DNA of 59,207 nt, counting the filler, from an uncultured virus (IMG/VR IMGVR_UViG_2049941000_000702) (Duplodnaviria; Heunggongvirae; Uroviricota; Caudoviricetes). It is 19 parts of one record of this genome, joined end to end, with 100 filler letters (N's around TTAATTAATTAA, not from the genome) between each part and the next. Parts side by side here need not be neighbours in the genome. Positions count along the whole stretch, not along the records: positions 23,704 to 32,929 come from IMGVR_UViG_2049941000_000702; positions 33,030 to 34,680 come from IMGVR_UViG_2049941000_000702; positions 34,781 to 42,406 come from IMGVR_UViG_2049941000_000702; 16 more parts are not named here. One strand, written 5' to 3'. The position numbers and the translations under genes were made by a program. Numbering within the stretch: position 1 is the stretch's first letter; every line of letters begins with the position of its first letter. Below, one piece after another: positions 24,057-36,000 of this stretch. The notes under the pieces were generated by a model that saw nothing but the letters and a program-made list of their open reading frames with translations, did no database searches and was not told the DNA's origin.

Positions 24057-24278
24057 GGAGAGAGGAGCCCGCGGCGCTTAAGAAGCATTACCGCCGACGC
24101 AGTGAACTGCTTGGTGACGGAGGCAAGGTCGAATACCATGTCCTCGCTTATCGGCGTCCCCTTTTCAAGGTCGTTTATACCTATCGCGCCNNNNNNNNNN
24201 CGCAAGGTTCGGAACCTCAATACCGTCTTTTCTGCGGTGGCAGACCTTCGTTGCGGTCATGCCCGCGGGGATGAATAT
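24057..24278 (-). CDS. Serine hydrolase (beta-lactamase/PBP-like) fragments, variant B
   Basis: FDLASVTKQFTA (SxxK) and IFIPAGMTATKV. Confidence 0.75.
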
Positions 24279-24405
24279 NNNNNNNNNNCTTGAACGTAGC
24301 GAAGTACTCGCTGTAATCTACAGCGATCTTCACCCCGGCATCGACGGTGCCGATGATCTTCCCGTTGCCGGAGATGATGCGGATGCTTGTCCGATNNNNN
24401 NNNNN

Positions 24406-24824
24406 GACGCCACGCCCTTGCCGGTATCCCCGGTATCGCCCTTGTCACCTTTGCCGCCCGTAGCGCCGGTAAACGCGATGCCCACCGCAAACTTCTTCGT
24501 GATGGTGATGTCGCCGTCCACTACGACGGGAATCGTGACAAAGCCCGCCGTGGTAAAGCTCGTACTGGCCGTAATGGTCAGCGTGGGGGACGTGGCGTTG
24601 CTGTCCTTTGTAACCGTTATGCCGGTTGGTTTGGTGATGGAATTCAGGTCAACGGTCGCCGCGACCTGTTCGCTGCCGCACATGGCGATGATCTGCGTAG
24701 TGCAGCTGCCCGCCTTGGCGGCTGTGGTCGTGCCGGGGAACGTGTACCCGTCCGAGGTGAGTATGACGGAATAACCGTCGGTAAGGTCGACGATTGAGAT
24801 CTGGTCTGCCGATTTGATTGCCAT
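24406..24824 (-). CDS. Tail fibre protein N-terminus with collagen-like repeat
   Basis: MAIKSADQISIVDLTDGYSV...GATGGKGDKGDTGDTGKG; GGAGG RBS. Confidence 0.8.
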
Positions 24825-24915
24825 AGTATTTCCTCCACTTATTTGATTGCATAAAAAGACCACTGACAGATGAGTGTCAGCGGTCTGAGTATGGTTTTGT
24901 GTCTATTTGCTGTGG

Positions 24916-25148
24916 TTATCTGATACCGTCCGCCAGCAGCGCGGCGTCCCTGTACAAATCCATCAGTAGTTCTTGCGTCATCGCCGGGTCATCGGCGTAG
25001 AACAGCGCGTAGAACTCTTCGTCGGCGTCGCACACCATGGTCAGGGACATGCGCCAGTTGCCGATAAGTGCCCTGGTGGCCTTGTCCGAAACCTTGTAGG
25101 CCTGGTTAGCCGTGTCATCCAGAACGGTCTTCCATCTGTCCAAAGCCT
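24916..25148 (-). CDS. Cargo protein C-terminus, homolog of 26462-26752
   Basis: WKTVLDDT.N..YK...TRALI..W.MSL...LMDLYRDA aligns with WKSALDET.N..YK...TRTLI..W.MSL...IMDLYKDA. Confidence 0.6.
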
Positions 25149-25158
25149 NNNNNNNNNN

Positions 25159-26372
25159 CGGCTCGGTATCGTTCCATGAGCCTGCAGGCGGTTTTGTTGT
25201 AGGTTTCGATGGCGGCGACAGAGTGGATGATTGCAGCAGGTAATACCGCGTGCAGCTGGCAACATCCACCACCGCTGACAGCGTGATACTTGTGGATGCT
25301 TTTACTGCCACGGATCATCCCTCCAGTTGTGCGATGTAGGTGGCTTTGTTCGTCACATCACCGGCAGTTATATTCAACGTGGCCCCAGTCGCAACAGCCG
25401 TACTGCCGCCGTCCTTATACCACTTGANNNNNNNNNNTACTACACCCGCTGTAGTGAACGAGGTGCTGGCCGTTATCGTCAGTGTGGGTGATGTGGCGTT
25501 GCTGTCTTTGGTGACTGTGATGCCTGTCGGTTTGGTTATGGAGTTGAGGTCAACGGTCGCCGCGACCTGTTCGCTGCCGCACATGGCGATGATCTGNNNN
25601 NNNNNNNNNNNNNNNNNNNNNNNNNNNNNNNNNNNNNNNNNNNNNNNNNNNNNNNNNNNNNNNNNNNNNNNNNNNNNNNNNNNNNNNNNNNNNNNNNNNN
25701 NNNNNNNNNNNNNNNNNNNNNNNNNNNNNNNNNNNNNNNNNNNNNNNNNNNNNNNNNNNNNNNNNNNNNNNNNNNNNNNNNNNNNNNNNNNNNNNNNNNN
25801 NNNNNNNNNNNNNNNNNNNNNNNNNNNNNNNNNNNNNNNNNNNNNNNNNNNNNNNNNNNNNNNNNNNNNNNNNNNNNNNNNNNNNNNNNNNNNNNNNNNN
25901 NNNNNNNNNNNNNNNNNNNNNNNNNNNNNNNNNNNNNNNNNNNNNNNNNNNNNNNNNNNNNNNNNNNNNNNNNNNNNNNNNNNNNNNNNNNNNNNNNNNN
26001 NNNNNNNNNNNNNNNNNNNNNNNNNNNNNNNNNNNNNNNNNNNNNNNNNNNNNNNNNNNNNNNNNNNNNNNNNNNNNNNNNNNNNNNNNNNNNNNNNNNN
26101 NNNNNNNNNNNNNNNNNNNNNGATCGTCAGCGTAGGCGACGTGGCGTTGCTGTCTTTGGTGACCGAGATGCCGGTAGGTTTGGTGATGGAGTTGAGGTCG
26201 ACGGTCGCCGCAACCTGCTCGCTGCCCCTGAGGGCGATGATCTGTGTGGTGCAGCTGCCCGCTTTGGCCGCGCTGACTGTGCCGGGGAAAGTGTATCCGT
26301 CCGAGGTGAGTGTGACGGAATAACCGTCGGTAAGGTCGACTATACTGATCTGGTCTGCCGATTTGATTGCCA
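25159..26372 (-). CDS. Tail fibre protein pieces and start of the next tail gene (MAVKASTSITL)
   Basis: MAIKSADQ start at 26372; ends KATYIAQLEG* near 25315; next gene starts at 25311. Confidence 0.7.
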
Positions 26373-26461
26373 TAGTTATATCCTCCAATTGTTTGATTGC
26401 ATAAAAAGACCACTGACCAATTGATCAGTGGCCTAAGTATAGGTTTGTCCCTGTGCTGTGA

Positions 26462-26975
26462 TTATCCGATGCTGTCTATTAGTAACGTTGCGTCCTTGTA
26501 CAGGTCCATTATATGCTCCTGAACCGCTTCGGACTTCGCTGAATAGAAAAGGGAATACAGCCGTTCATCCGTTTCGCACAGATAGTCGAGCGACATGTTC
26601 CAGGCGGCTATGAGCGTCCTTGTATCCCTGCCCGCGGCTTTGTAAACGGTGTTCACAGTCTCATCCAGCGCGGACTTCCAGCATACCGCGGCTTGGGCGA
26701 ACACGCCGTCCGTCTGAGCTGCTTCGGCCGCATCCAGCAGCGCCCTCGTATCNNNNNNNNNNGCAGTACCTGCATCGGTAAGTATAGCCGCCTGGAGTGG
26801 TGCACCAGGGTTCTTTATAGTTACCTCCACCCCAGACATGCTTGCCATCCGGGGCCAATGAACTTGTACAGCCGTCCGTGGACGGTGTTGCCAGCGCCGC
26901 GGGGAGTATCGCCGGCAGCGCGCCCAGCAACAGCAATAACGCCAGCGTGACGGCGATGAATCGTTTGAATGTCAT
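26462..26975 (-). CDS. Secreted Cys-rich cargo protein (gapped)
   Basis: Signal peptide MTFKRFIAVTLALLLLLGALPA; H.W...EPWCTTPG.YTYRCRYC repeat; own promoter ATGACA-17-TATAAT at ~27026-27054. Confidence 0.65.
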
Positions 26976-27082
26976 AGCGTTGTCCTCCAGTTCAAAGTAT
27001 GTTTTAGCCCATCTATTGTGCATAGATTATAACACATACACATAGAATTGTCATGCCCTGTTTATTTGCGAATACACTGCCT

Positions 27083-29523
27083 TTAGTCTGTAATGAGCTC
27101 GCACATGAACGTGACCTTGACGTCCACGTCCTCAGGCGAAAGAGTAAAACAAAACCCGTCCTGTGACAGACGGTTATCGGATGCGGAAATCGTACCGAAA
27201 GCGTTATCGTTCAGCCGCTGCCATTTCCACTGTAGGTAGGCCGTCGCGCCGAAAGCGGAACGCAAGGCAGTTATGTCCGTTATGCGTTGGGAGCCGTGGT
27301 AGATTACGGCGGAGAGCACGGTGGCTACAGCATTGTTTTTGAACACTGTCCCACGCGACGAATCGATTCTGAGAACTGTTGCGTCCTGGCCCTTCGCTCC
27401 GGAAAGGCAGGTGGCCGTGCTTTCGTCCATACTCCCATCGGCATAAGTGGTGATCGTTTTCTGCCACATAAACTTTCCGTCTTCCCAAGGAGGAGCGTTG
27501 GCTGACCATCCCTGCGAGGGAGCGGTCGATGCGGATGTACTCAACGCGTACTGCACAACGACAGACGCCACAGAACTTTCTCTCAGATCATCGATGTCGT
27601 CGTTAATTGCCTGTACGCGTAGATTGATGCCTGTGTTGGAGGACAGATCGAGCTGCTCCCCGAAATTGGCAGCAACGTGGGAAGTCGTGATCGTCCCCGC
27701 TTTGATGTTGCTGCCTTCAATAGTGGCCGCAGCAATTTTGTCGCCGGTGATCGTCCCTGACAGAATTTCGTTTGCTGTGATCGTAGCCGCGGCAATCTGC
27801 TCTGCTGTGACAGAGCGTGCCACAAGCACACTTCCAGACAACTGCTGACGATACTTGCTTTCACTCAACTCCTGAGTGGTTAGTGTTCCACTCTGGGCGT
27901 TGATCTCGTAGATCAGGCCGTCTACTCCGGTGATAATCAGCCGTTCTGTGGCCAGTGTGCCGGACTGGATTACATCAGCGTTCAGGGAGACGATCTTGCC
28001 TTCTGTGATACTCGCGTCGGCGATCTGCGCCGTGCCCACAGCACCTTGTTGGATGAGGGCTGCCGTTATAGCGCCCAATGCGATCTGAGCCGTATCGACC
28101 GCCGCATTGGCAATCTTCGCGTTCGTAATGGCGGCATCCGCAATTTTGGCAGCGGTAACAGCAAGATTGTCGATCTGTCCTTCGCCGACTACGAGGTTGG
28201 CTATCTTCGCCCGGGTGATCGCAGCATCGTCAATCTTTGCTGTAGTGATTGCTGCGTCCTTGATCTTCGCCCCTTCGATGGTGGCGTCTGCTATTTTGGC
28301 GTTATCTATGGCAGCGTTTTCAATCTTGGCATTTGTGACTGCTTCATCTGCTATCTTGGCGCTTGTAACAGCGAGGTCAGCAATATGCGCCGTAGCGATT
28401 GCGGCATCCTGTATATGTGCCGTTCCTATCGCCGCAACATCGATGTTTGCACTTTTTACTGCTCCATCCTGAAGCGCACCGGTACCCACAGAATTGATTG
28501 CAAGCTTGCTCCCGGAGATGATGCCTGTCGGCAGCTGTGCCGCGGTAATCGTATTGCCCGCCAGCGTATCAGCCGCGGTGCCCAGCGTCATGCTCGTATA
28601 CTGCTTTTTCAGGCAATCGTATACATACTGCGTCATGCGCATAGACACAGACAAACCCATCCGTTTGCTTATGACCCTTACGGCATCCCCGAGGAAGATG
28701 TTCTGCAGGAAGGCATAATCCTTATAGTCCTCAGTATCGAACAGGTTTATAAAGTCGACGGTGACCGTCACCGTCGGCTGATCGCAGCCCTTGTCGAACT
28801 CCGCCTGGGCGGCTTCACGCAGCTTCGTGTAGCAGGCAGCCAGATTCATCTTGCTGCTTTCCTTGACCTCGGAGGTAGATAGATGTGTCCATTTGGGGTG
28901 AACATATTGTCCTATGTTCGGACTGTCAACATACAGTTCCGGAAGATATAGCGTTTTGCCTTTCGACGTTTCTCCTGTCGGCACGATGCGGGTGATGACG
29001 TTGGTAGTGTCGACATCATAGGAAACGCTCTTCAGGTTTTTGCCTTCCCGGATCTGTATGTCAGTATCTTCACCCACACGCTGGACGATATACACGTCAT
29101 ACCAGTCCCGGGCAAGTTCCCCACCAAACGTGGCGATCACGCCTTCGTCACCGAGATAAGCGTCTATGGGATTGGTGTTCCCTACTGAGAATTCATCGAC
29201 CGTGCTTGTCAGGTCAGAATAGAAAGTGAAGTCCGTCGGCGTCTCCATTGCCTCTCCGATGCCCTTTATCACCTCCGCGCCACGGTCATCCGGCCCCTGG
29301 GCGTANNNNNNNNNNGGTGATCTTATTCAGCTCCGGCACGACCCTGTATATCCGAAACGGCTGCTCTCGAAGTTGTTTGCTCTCGACCACTTCGTGCACG
29401 ATGGTCTCTATCTCTTCAGAGTGATATACGTTTGAGCAGGAGTATCCGGGCACCCATCCTGCTAAACCAGTCGGCGGGATGATATGGTGCCAGATGGCGA
29501 CGGTGCGCGTATAGTTTTCCGGA
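27083..29523 (-). CDS. Large tail spike/Tal-like protein, variant 3 (longest piece)
   Basis: Endopeptidase-tail domain, AKIADAA repeats and C-terminal domain in one 729-aa frame; shows that the 18192-19226 type and 16483-type pieces belong to one gene. Confidence 0.88.
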
Positions 29524-30464
29524 NNNNNNNNNNNNNNNNNNNNNNNNNNNNNNNNNNNNNNNNNNNNNNNNNNNNNNNNNNNNNNNNNNNNNNNNNNNNN
29601 NNNNNNNNNNNNNNNNNNNNNNNNNNNNNNNNNNNNNNNNNNNNNNNNNNNNNNNNNNNNNNNNNNNNNNNNNNNNNNNNNNNNNNNNNNNNNNNNNNNN
29701 NNNNNNNNNNNNNNNNNNNNNNNNNNNNNNNNNNNNNNNNNNNNNNNNNNNNNNNNNNNNNNNNNNNNNNNNNNNNNNNNNNNNNNNNNNNNNNNNNNNN
29801 NNNNNNNNNNNNNNNNNNNNNNNNNNNNNNNNNNNNNNNNNNNNNNNNNNNNNNNNNNNNNNNNNNNNNNNNNNNNNNNNNNNNNNNNNNNNNNNNNNNN
29901 NNNNNNNNNNNNNNNNNNNNNNNNNNNNNNNNNNNNNNNNNNNNNNNNNNNNNNNNNNNNNNNNNNNNNNNNNNNNNNNNNNNNNNNNNNNNNNNNNNNN
30001 NNNNNNNNNNNNNNNNNNNNNNNNNNNNNNNNNNNNNNNNNNNNNNNNNNNNNNNNNNNNNNNNNNNNNNNNNNNNNNNNNNNNNNNNNNNNNNNNNNNN
30101 NNNNNNNNNNNNNNNNNNNNNNNNNNNNNNNNNNNNNNNNNNNNNNNNNNNNNNNNNNNNNNNNNNNNNNNNNNNNNNNNNNNNNNNNNNNNNNNNNNNN
30201 NNNNNNNNNNNNNNNNNNNNNNNNNNNNNNNNNNNNNNNNNNNNNNNNNNNNNNNNNNNNNNNNNNNNNNNNNNNNNNNNNNNNNNNNNNNNNNNNNNNN
30301 NNNNNNNNNNNNNNNNNNNNNNNNNNNNNNNNNNNNNNNNNNNNNNNNNNNNNNNNNNNNNNNNNNNNNNNNNNNNNNNNNNNNNNNNNNNNNNNNNNNN
30401 NNNNNNNNNNNNNNNNNNNNNNNNNNNNNNNNNNNNNNNNNNNNNNNNNNNNNNNNNNNNNNNN

Positions 30465-31160
30465 GGTACGCGCCGTCCTTGAGCACAAGACCACGAGCAA
30501 AATTCTCAAACGGAATTCCGTCGATGCGGATGTGACAGACACGGGTATCGTTCATTCCGCACGGCTCGAAGATCTCTTTTTGCATAAAATCCTCGAATGG
30601 CATACCGGATACTTTTTCGACGATCTCCGCAAGCAGGCAGTAGGCCGTGTTGGAGTATTCGAACTTTTCACCCGGTGCAAACAGCGGTTCCTGTCCGCAT
30701 TCTTTCAGAAAACGCACACAAAGGCTGTTGTCGGGCGTACCGTCCTCGTCCTTGAGCGTTTCCATCGCCCACTCCTCATGATCGGGAAGGCCACAGGTGT
30801 GGGTCAGCATATGTCGGATCGTGATCCCGTTATACGGGTTTTCAGGGAAAAACTTGCTTAACTCGTCCTCCAAAGAAATCAGCCCTCTCTTGCGCAGCAG
30901 CATGACCGCCGCAGCGGTAAACTGNNNNNNNNNNNNNNNNNNNNNNNNNNNNNNNNNNNNNNNNNNNNNNNNNNNNTGCTGACGGAAGCAAGTTCAAAGA
31001 TGCTCTCCTCCACAACGGGCAGCTTGTCCTCCGGATCACGAAAACCGACCGCACCCTTGCCAACTATCTCGCCATTCTCGGCGTATAGCCACGTGCCGGT
31101 GAAAACGTCCTTTTCATGCGCCTCGCGGACAAGGTTTTCGAACATGGTTTTCTTATCCAT
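30465..31160 (-). CDS. Serine hydrolase (beta-lactamase class C/PBP-like), variant A (gapped)
   Basis: FELASVS(K)QFTAAA, ITIRHMLTHTCGL, FAPGEKFEYSNTAY (YxN). Confidence 0.9.
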
Positions 31161-31254
31161 GCAGATCGCCTCCACAGGTTCCGATTTGTACAGTTATTCT
31201 ATCACAATGTCTCGTTCTAAGATAGCATATGAACATGAAATTTCAGAACTTACC

Positions 31255-31327
31255 TTGCCAAAATGCGTTCTAGGGCATATAATAATACCGAGGTGCCAAC
31301 TCGCCGCGTGACTGCGGGATACAAATC
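31255..31327 (+). ncRNA. Candidate sRNA copy 2 with promoter (truncated by gap)
   Basis: TTGCCA-17 nt-TATAAT, then the same 38 nt as 19927-19964 starting 7 nt after the -10. Confidence 0.65.
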
Positions 31328-32075
31328 NNNNNNNNNNNNNNNNNNNNNNNNNNNNNNNNNNNNNNNNNNNNNNNNNNNNNNNNNNNNNNNNNNNNNNNNN
31401 NNNNNNNNNNNNNNNNNNNNNNNNNNNNNNNNNNNNNNNNNNNNNNNNNNNNNNNNNNNNNNNNNNNNNNNNNNNNNNNNNNNNNNNNNNNNNNNNNNNN
31501 NNNNNNNNNNNNNNNNNNNNNNNNNNNNNNNNNNNNNNNNNNNNNNNNNNNNNNNNNNNNNNNNNNNNNNNNNNNNNNNNNNNNNNNNNNNNNNNNNNNN
31601 NNNNNNNNNNNNNNNNNNNNNNNNNNNNNNNNNNNNNNNNNNNNNNNNNNNNNNNNNNNNNNNNNNNNNNNNNNNNNNNNNNNNNNNNNNNNNNNNNNNN
31701 NNNNNNNNNNNNNNNNNNNNNNNNNNNNNNNNNNNNNNNNNNNNNNNNNNNNNNNNNNNNNNNNNNNNNNNNNNNNNNNNNNNNNNNNNNNNNNNNNNNN
31801 NNNNNNNNNNNNNNNNNNNNNNNNNNNNNNNNNNNNNNNNNNNNNNNNNNNNNNNNNNNNNNNNNNNNNNNNNNNNNNNNNNNNNNNNNNNNNNNNNNNN
31901 NNNNNNNNNNNNNNNNNNNNNNNNNNNNNNNNNNNNNNNNNNNNNNNNNNNNNNNNNNNNNNNNNNNNNNNNNNNNNNNNNNNNNNNNNNNNNNNNNNNN
32001 NNNNNNNNNNNNNNNNNNNNNNNNNNNNNNNNNNNNNNNNNNNNNNNNNNNNNNNNNNNNNNNNNNNNNNNNNNN

Positions 32076-32624
32076 CACATCATAATCAAAAATGTGCGAT
32101 CTCCTCAGGTGAAATCTGTCATTGAAGCTCTTTTCCGGTCTCCCGTATTCTACAGCAAGGTATTTTGCCGCCCTGCGCGCTGTCGGGAAATAAATGCGTT
32201 TCCCGTTACCCATGAGCGTCACAGGATTGATATGACCGCCGTTCCCGACCGCGAGATTGGCGAGCAGTTTATCCACGAAACAACCGTAATCTCTGTTGAG
32301 CATCTGCTCACTTTTGGTCACATATCTGAGATTGTGCCAGTCATTGTTCAGGCTGTTTCGGTCTATATGATCTACCTGCATGCCTTCCGGTCTTGGACCG
32401 TGCCAGCATTCAGCCACGACCCTGTGAACGAACACTTTCCTTATGTGCTTCTTTATGTTTACCTGCGTGCACCAGTACTGCGTATTGCTGTTATGGGATT
32501 TCTTGAAGAGCTTAAGGTGTCTTTTCGATTTCACGTTCCTGATGACGGTCCCGTTGCTGGTGACCTCATACAGAAATTGCAATGATGGAATCTTCCGAAA
32601 CTCAAGGTTTAAGCTTTCGCTCAT
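32076..32624 (-). CDS. HNH homing endonuclease (NUMOD4/I-HmuI-like), intron-encoded
   Basis: YEVTSNG.IRNVKS, VHRVVAECW...QVDHIDRNSLNNDWHNLRYVT.SEQ..N; GGAGG RBS. Confidence 0.9.
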
Positions 32625-32742
32625 CTCTTGATACCTCCATAGTCATTATTTGATTTCTGAAAGCTGTTGCTTTCCAACTATGAAAACACCCACTGCTCAT
32701 CACAGTGGGTACAGCGGCATTTACGGGCTAATTGTAGGCTCA
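32076..32742 (-). mobile_element. Group I intron, 5' part (catalytic core presumably in the gap)
   Basis: P1: exon ACGGGU pairs with intron GCCCGU with U-G at the splice site; in-frame UGA at intron +1; HNH ORF inside. Confidence 0.75.
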
Positions 32743-32929
32743 ACCCGTGATCCTGCGGATGCGCTCAAACGGCACTTTATGCGTGTGGTAGCACACATCC
32801 GCGTATTCGCTGTCAATCTTTACTTCAACACTTATAAGTGCACGGCCGTATTTCTCCCGGCCGCGCTGCACATAAGCGAGGAGCTCCTTGTCGGGGAGCT
32901 CCTCTTCCGTCTTTACCGGGCTATCTTCG
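32743..32929 (-). CDS. Small NrdD-like glycyl-radical-domain protein, exon 1 (5' partial)
   Basis: ELPDKELLAYVQRGREKYG...KVPFERIRRITG|; RIRRITG(YL) is the NrdD glycyl radical loop. Confidence 0.8.
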
Positions 32930-33029
32930 NNNNNNNNNNNNNNNNNNNNNNNNNNNNNNNNNNNNNNNNNNNNTTAATTAATTAANNNNNNNNNNNNNNN
33001 NNNNNNNNNNNNNNNNNNNNNNNNNNNNN

Positions 33030-36000
33030 AGAATCTGCCGAAAGCGGTGAATACCTTTCCCAGCGCGCCGGTGATATATCCCAGGTTCTTTATGAGGGTA
33101 CCGGATATGAGGATGACCGGACCTATGGCCGCCGCTATGCCCGCCCACTTGACGATGCTCTCCCTCTGGCCGGCATCCAGCCCCATGAAGGCCGAGATCA
33201 GCCCGTTCGCTTTATCCATAAGGGATTCCAGTGCGGGCGTCAGGTCCCTCGCGATCTGCCTGCCGGCGACGAGGGCACGGTTCTTAAGATTCGTAAGCTT
33301 GGCCGAGAGCGTATCATACTTTACCGCGGCGGATTCCGCAAGCTTCGTATTCTCGTTCCATGCTTCTATGGCAGTCTTCTGTGTTTCGGCGAACAGCTCC
33401 GTAGCGTTGGTGGCTCTTAAGAGAGTATCCCTCAGCCTGATCTCGCTTATGCCTATATCCTGCAGGGTAGCGATGGCGCTGACGCCTTCGTCACCCAATC
33501 GTGCCAGACCCACGATGAACTTCTGGAACACATCCGAAGGGTCTGCTTCCCACATGCGCACGAACTCTTCTTCCGTGAGCCCGCACACATTCGCAAAGTC
33601 CGTAAGCGCGTCCCCGCCGGTCGCAGCCGCCACTTCCATTTTGACCAGGGCTTTGGAAAAGNNNNNNNNNNCCGCCGGCGTTGGATCAGGACAGTAACAT
33701 TTCACCGCCAGGGTTATGTCCTTGTACACATCCACGCCCTCGGTCTGTGCTAAGGAGCCGCTCAGCCCCGGGATGTCGGTAAACGTCACCCGCTCCTCAG
33801 GCAGGATGATCTCCGGCAGCTCGTTCACCGTGATGCCGACTGTCCGGCTGTTGATTCCTTTCCAGGTTATATAGTCCTTCATTCTCCGTCTCCCATGAAA
33901 CGCGGTACTGTCCGGTTTCCCGAACCAGTACCGCCTTGAATACGCTCACACCGTGGCCAAGCAGGTTGTCCGCCATGGCCGCGGCCGCGTGGATATCGTC
34001 AACGATCGTCGTTCGCATTGTTTTCCATCNNNNNNNNNNTCGCCTACGCGCTGAACAATATACACGTCGTACCAGTCCCGGGCCAGCTCCCCGCCGAAAG
34101 TAGCGATGACGCCCTCGTCGCCCAGATAAGCGTCGATGGGATTGGTATGTTCGACAGAGAATTCATCCACGGTGGAGGTCAGGTCGGAATAGAACCTGAA
34201 ATCCGTCTCCGTTTCACAAGCTGCGCCGATACCCTTGACCACTTCCGCGCCGCGATCATTCTGTCCCTGCGTATAGGTCTTTATGAAGTTGTCCAAAAGG
34301 TCATAAAAGATATGTCGGGCATAAACGGTGATCTTGTTTAATTCCGGCACGACCCTGTATATACGAAAAGGCTGATCCCGCAGTTGTTTGCTCTCGACCA
34401 CATCGTGCACGATGGTCTCGATGCTCTCGGAATGATAAACGTTCGAGCAGGAATATCCCGGAACCCAGCCGCTCAGACCGCTCGGTGCAACGATGTGGTA
34501 CCAAATGGCGACGGTGCGCGTATAGTTTTCCGGGACGCTGTCTGTCGGGTATGAGCTATACCTTTTGACGTAATCCTTTGTCGCATCCGTTTTGTGTTTG
34601 AAGGTGGCGAAGTACTCGCTGTGATCGACAGCGATCTTCACGCCGGCGTCGACTGTGCCGATGATTTTACCGTTGCCGGANNNNNNNNNNNNNNNNNNNN
34701 NNNNNNNNNNNNNNNNNNNNNNNNTTAATTAATTAANNNNNNNNNNNNNNNNNNNNNNNNNNNNNNNNNNNNNNNNNNNNCGTGATCACGCCTTCGCCGA
34801 AACCGGCCATCGCCATCGCGCCGATCTCGTCACGGAATACATGGGACGGGGAGTGTATCTGCAGCGCTTCCTTTGCTGCCGCTACTGCCGCATTTGCCAG
34901 CGCTGTGATCGCAGCGGTGACTGTTGCCGTCCCGCTTGTAATGCCTGCCGCCAGTCCTTCTGCGATCGACGCGCCTATGGGCATGAACCGCCTGGCCGGT
35001 GAATTGATTCCGGCCGCCGCGCGCATGGCTTCGTCCGCTTCGTCCACCTTGTCTTTCGCCGGACCGGTTACGTCTGTCTGGCCCATGCCTGCGTTCACGC
35101 CTTCTCCGTATGCCGCACCGACTTCGCTTCCCGCATCCGCAGCCTGGTCCTTTATGGGGTCATACTTCGCGAACAGCTCGGTGAAACGCTGCATCTCCCC
35201 TTCCGTCAGCTTATCCAGGCCTCCCAGCTGCTTTAAGTACAGTCCCGCGAATTCCGCCTGCTCCCCGGGATTGCTGATCCTGCTCAGATCGATCATCCCG
35301 GAGAACAGCTCATCTTGCATGGCTTTGGCTATGGTGTAATCCTGTATGATCCTTTCCAGGGCTTCGTCTATCGTGGTATCCGTTGCGTCTATACCCTCCA
35401 GCATCAGCCCGTTGCGTATGGTGCTCACCAGATCGTAGTTCTCCGGATCTTCGCCCAGCTCCCGTACCGTATCCATGACGGAGAACAGCTCCTGGGCATC
35501 CCGGACAAAGGAAAGCATCTCATCATCCAGGTCCATTCCGTTCCGCATGGCGTCCACGATGGTCAGCAGAGCATTGGAATAGGACTCAACCTGCCCGCTG
35601 TTTATATACGCACTTGTCATCCGGGATCTGGATAATCCCAGAGGTCCGAAGATGTTCCTGCCCAGCCATCCCGTCGCGGCGTATACGGCGTTGTCGCCTC
35701 TAAGGCTGGCTGCCGTGCTCCTGTAGTGCCCGGTCATGGCCTGTATCATTTCGGAAAGCGTTTCACTGTCCGCTATGCCCCAGCCCAGGCCGTGTGTCTC
35801 CTGCCCGGCCTCTTTCAGCGCTTCCGCCGCTGCCCGGGCATCCTCCTGGGTCGCTTCCGCCCACTGAGGCTTGACCGTCACATGATATACGCCGTCCTGA
35901 TCCNNNNNNNNNNAGATCGACGACATCCGTTTTGCCCTTGCTGTAATCCGACAGCAGCGTGACCAGCTCGGACATCTGTCCGTAGGTCCTTTGGATGCCC

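Noticed and set aside
28046..28480. Periodic repeats and long antisense ORFs over the AKIADAA region
   Set aside because: Protein-level decapeptide repeats of the tail gene; the antisense frames are shadows
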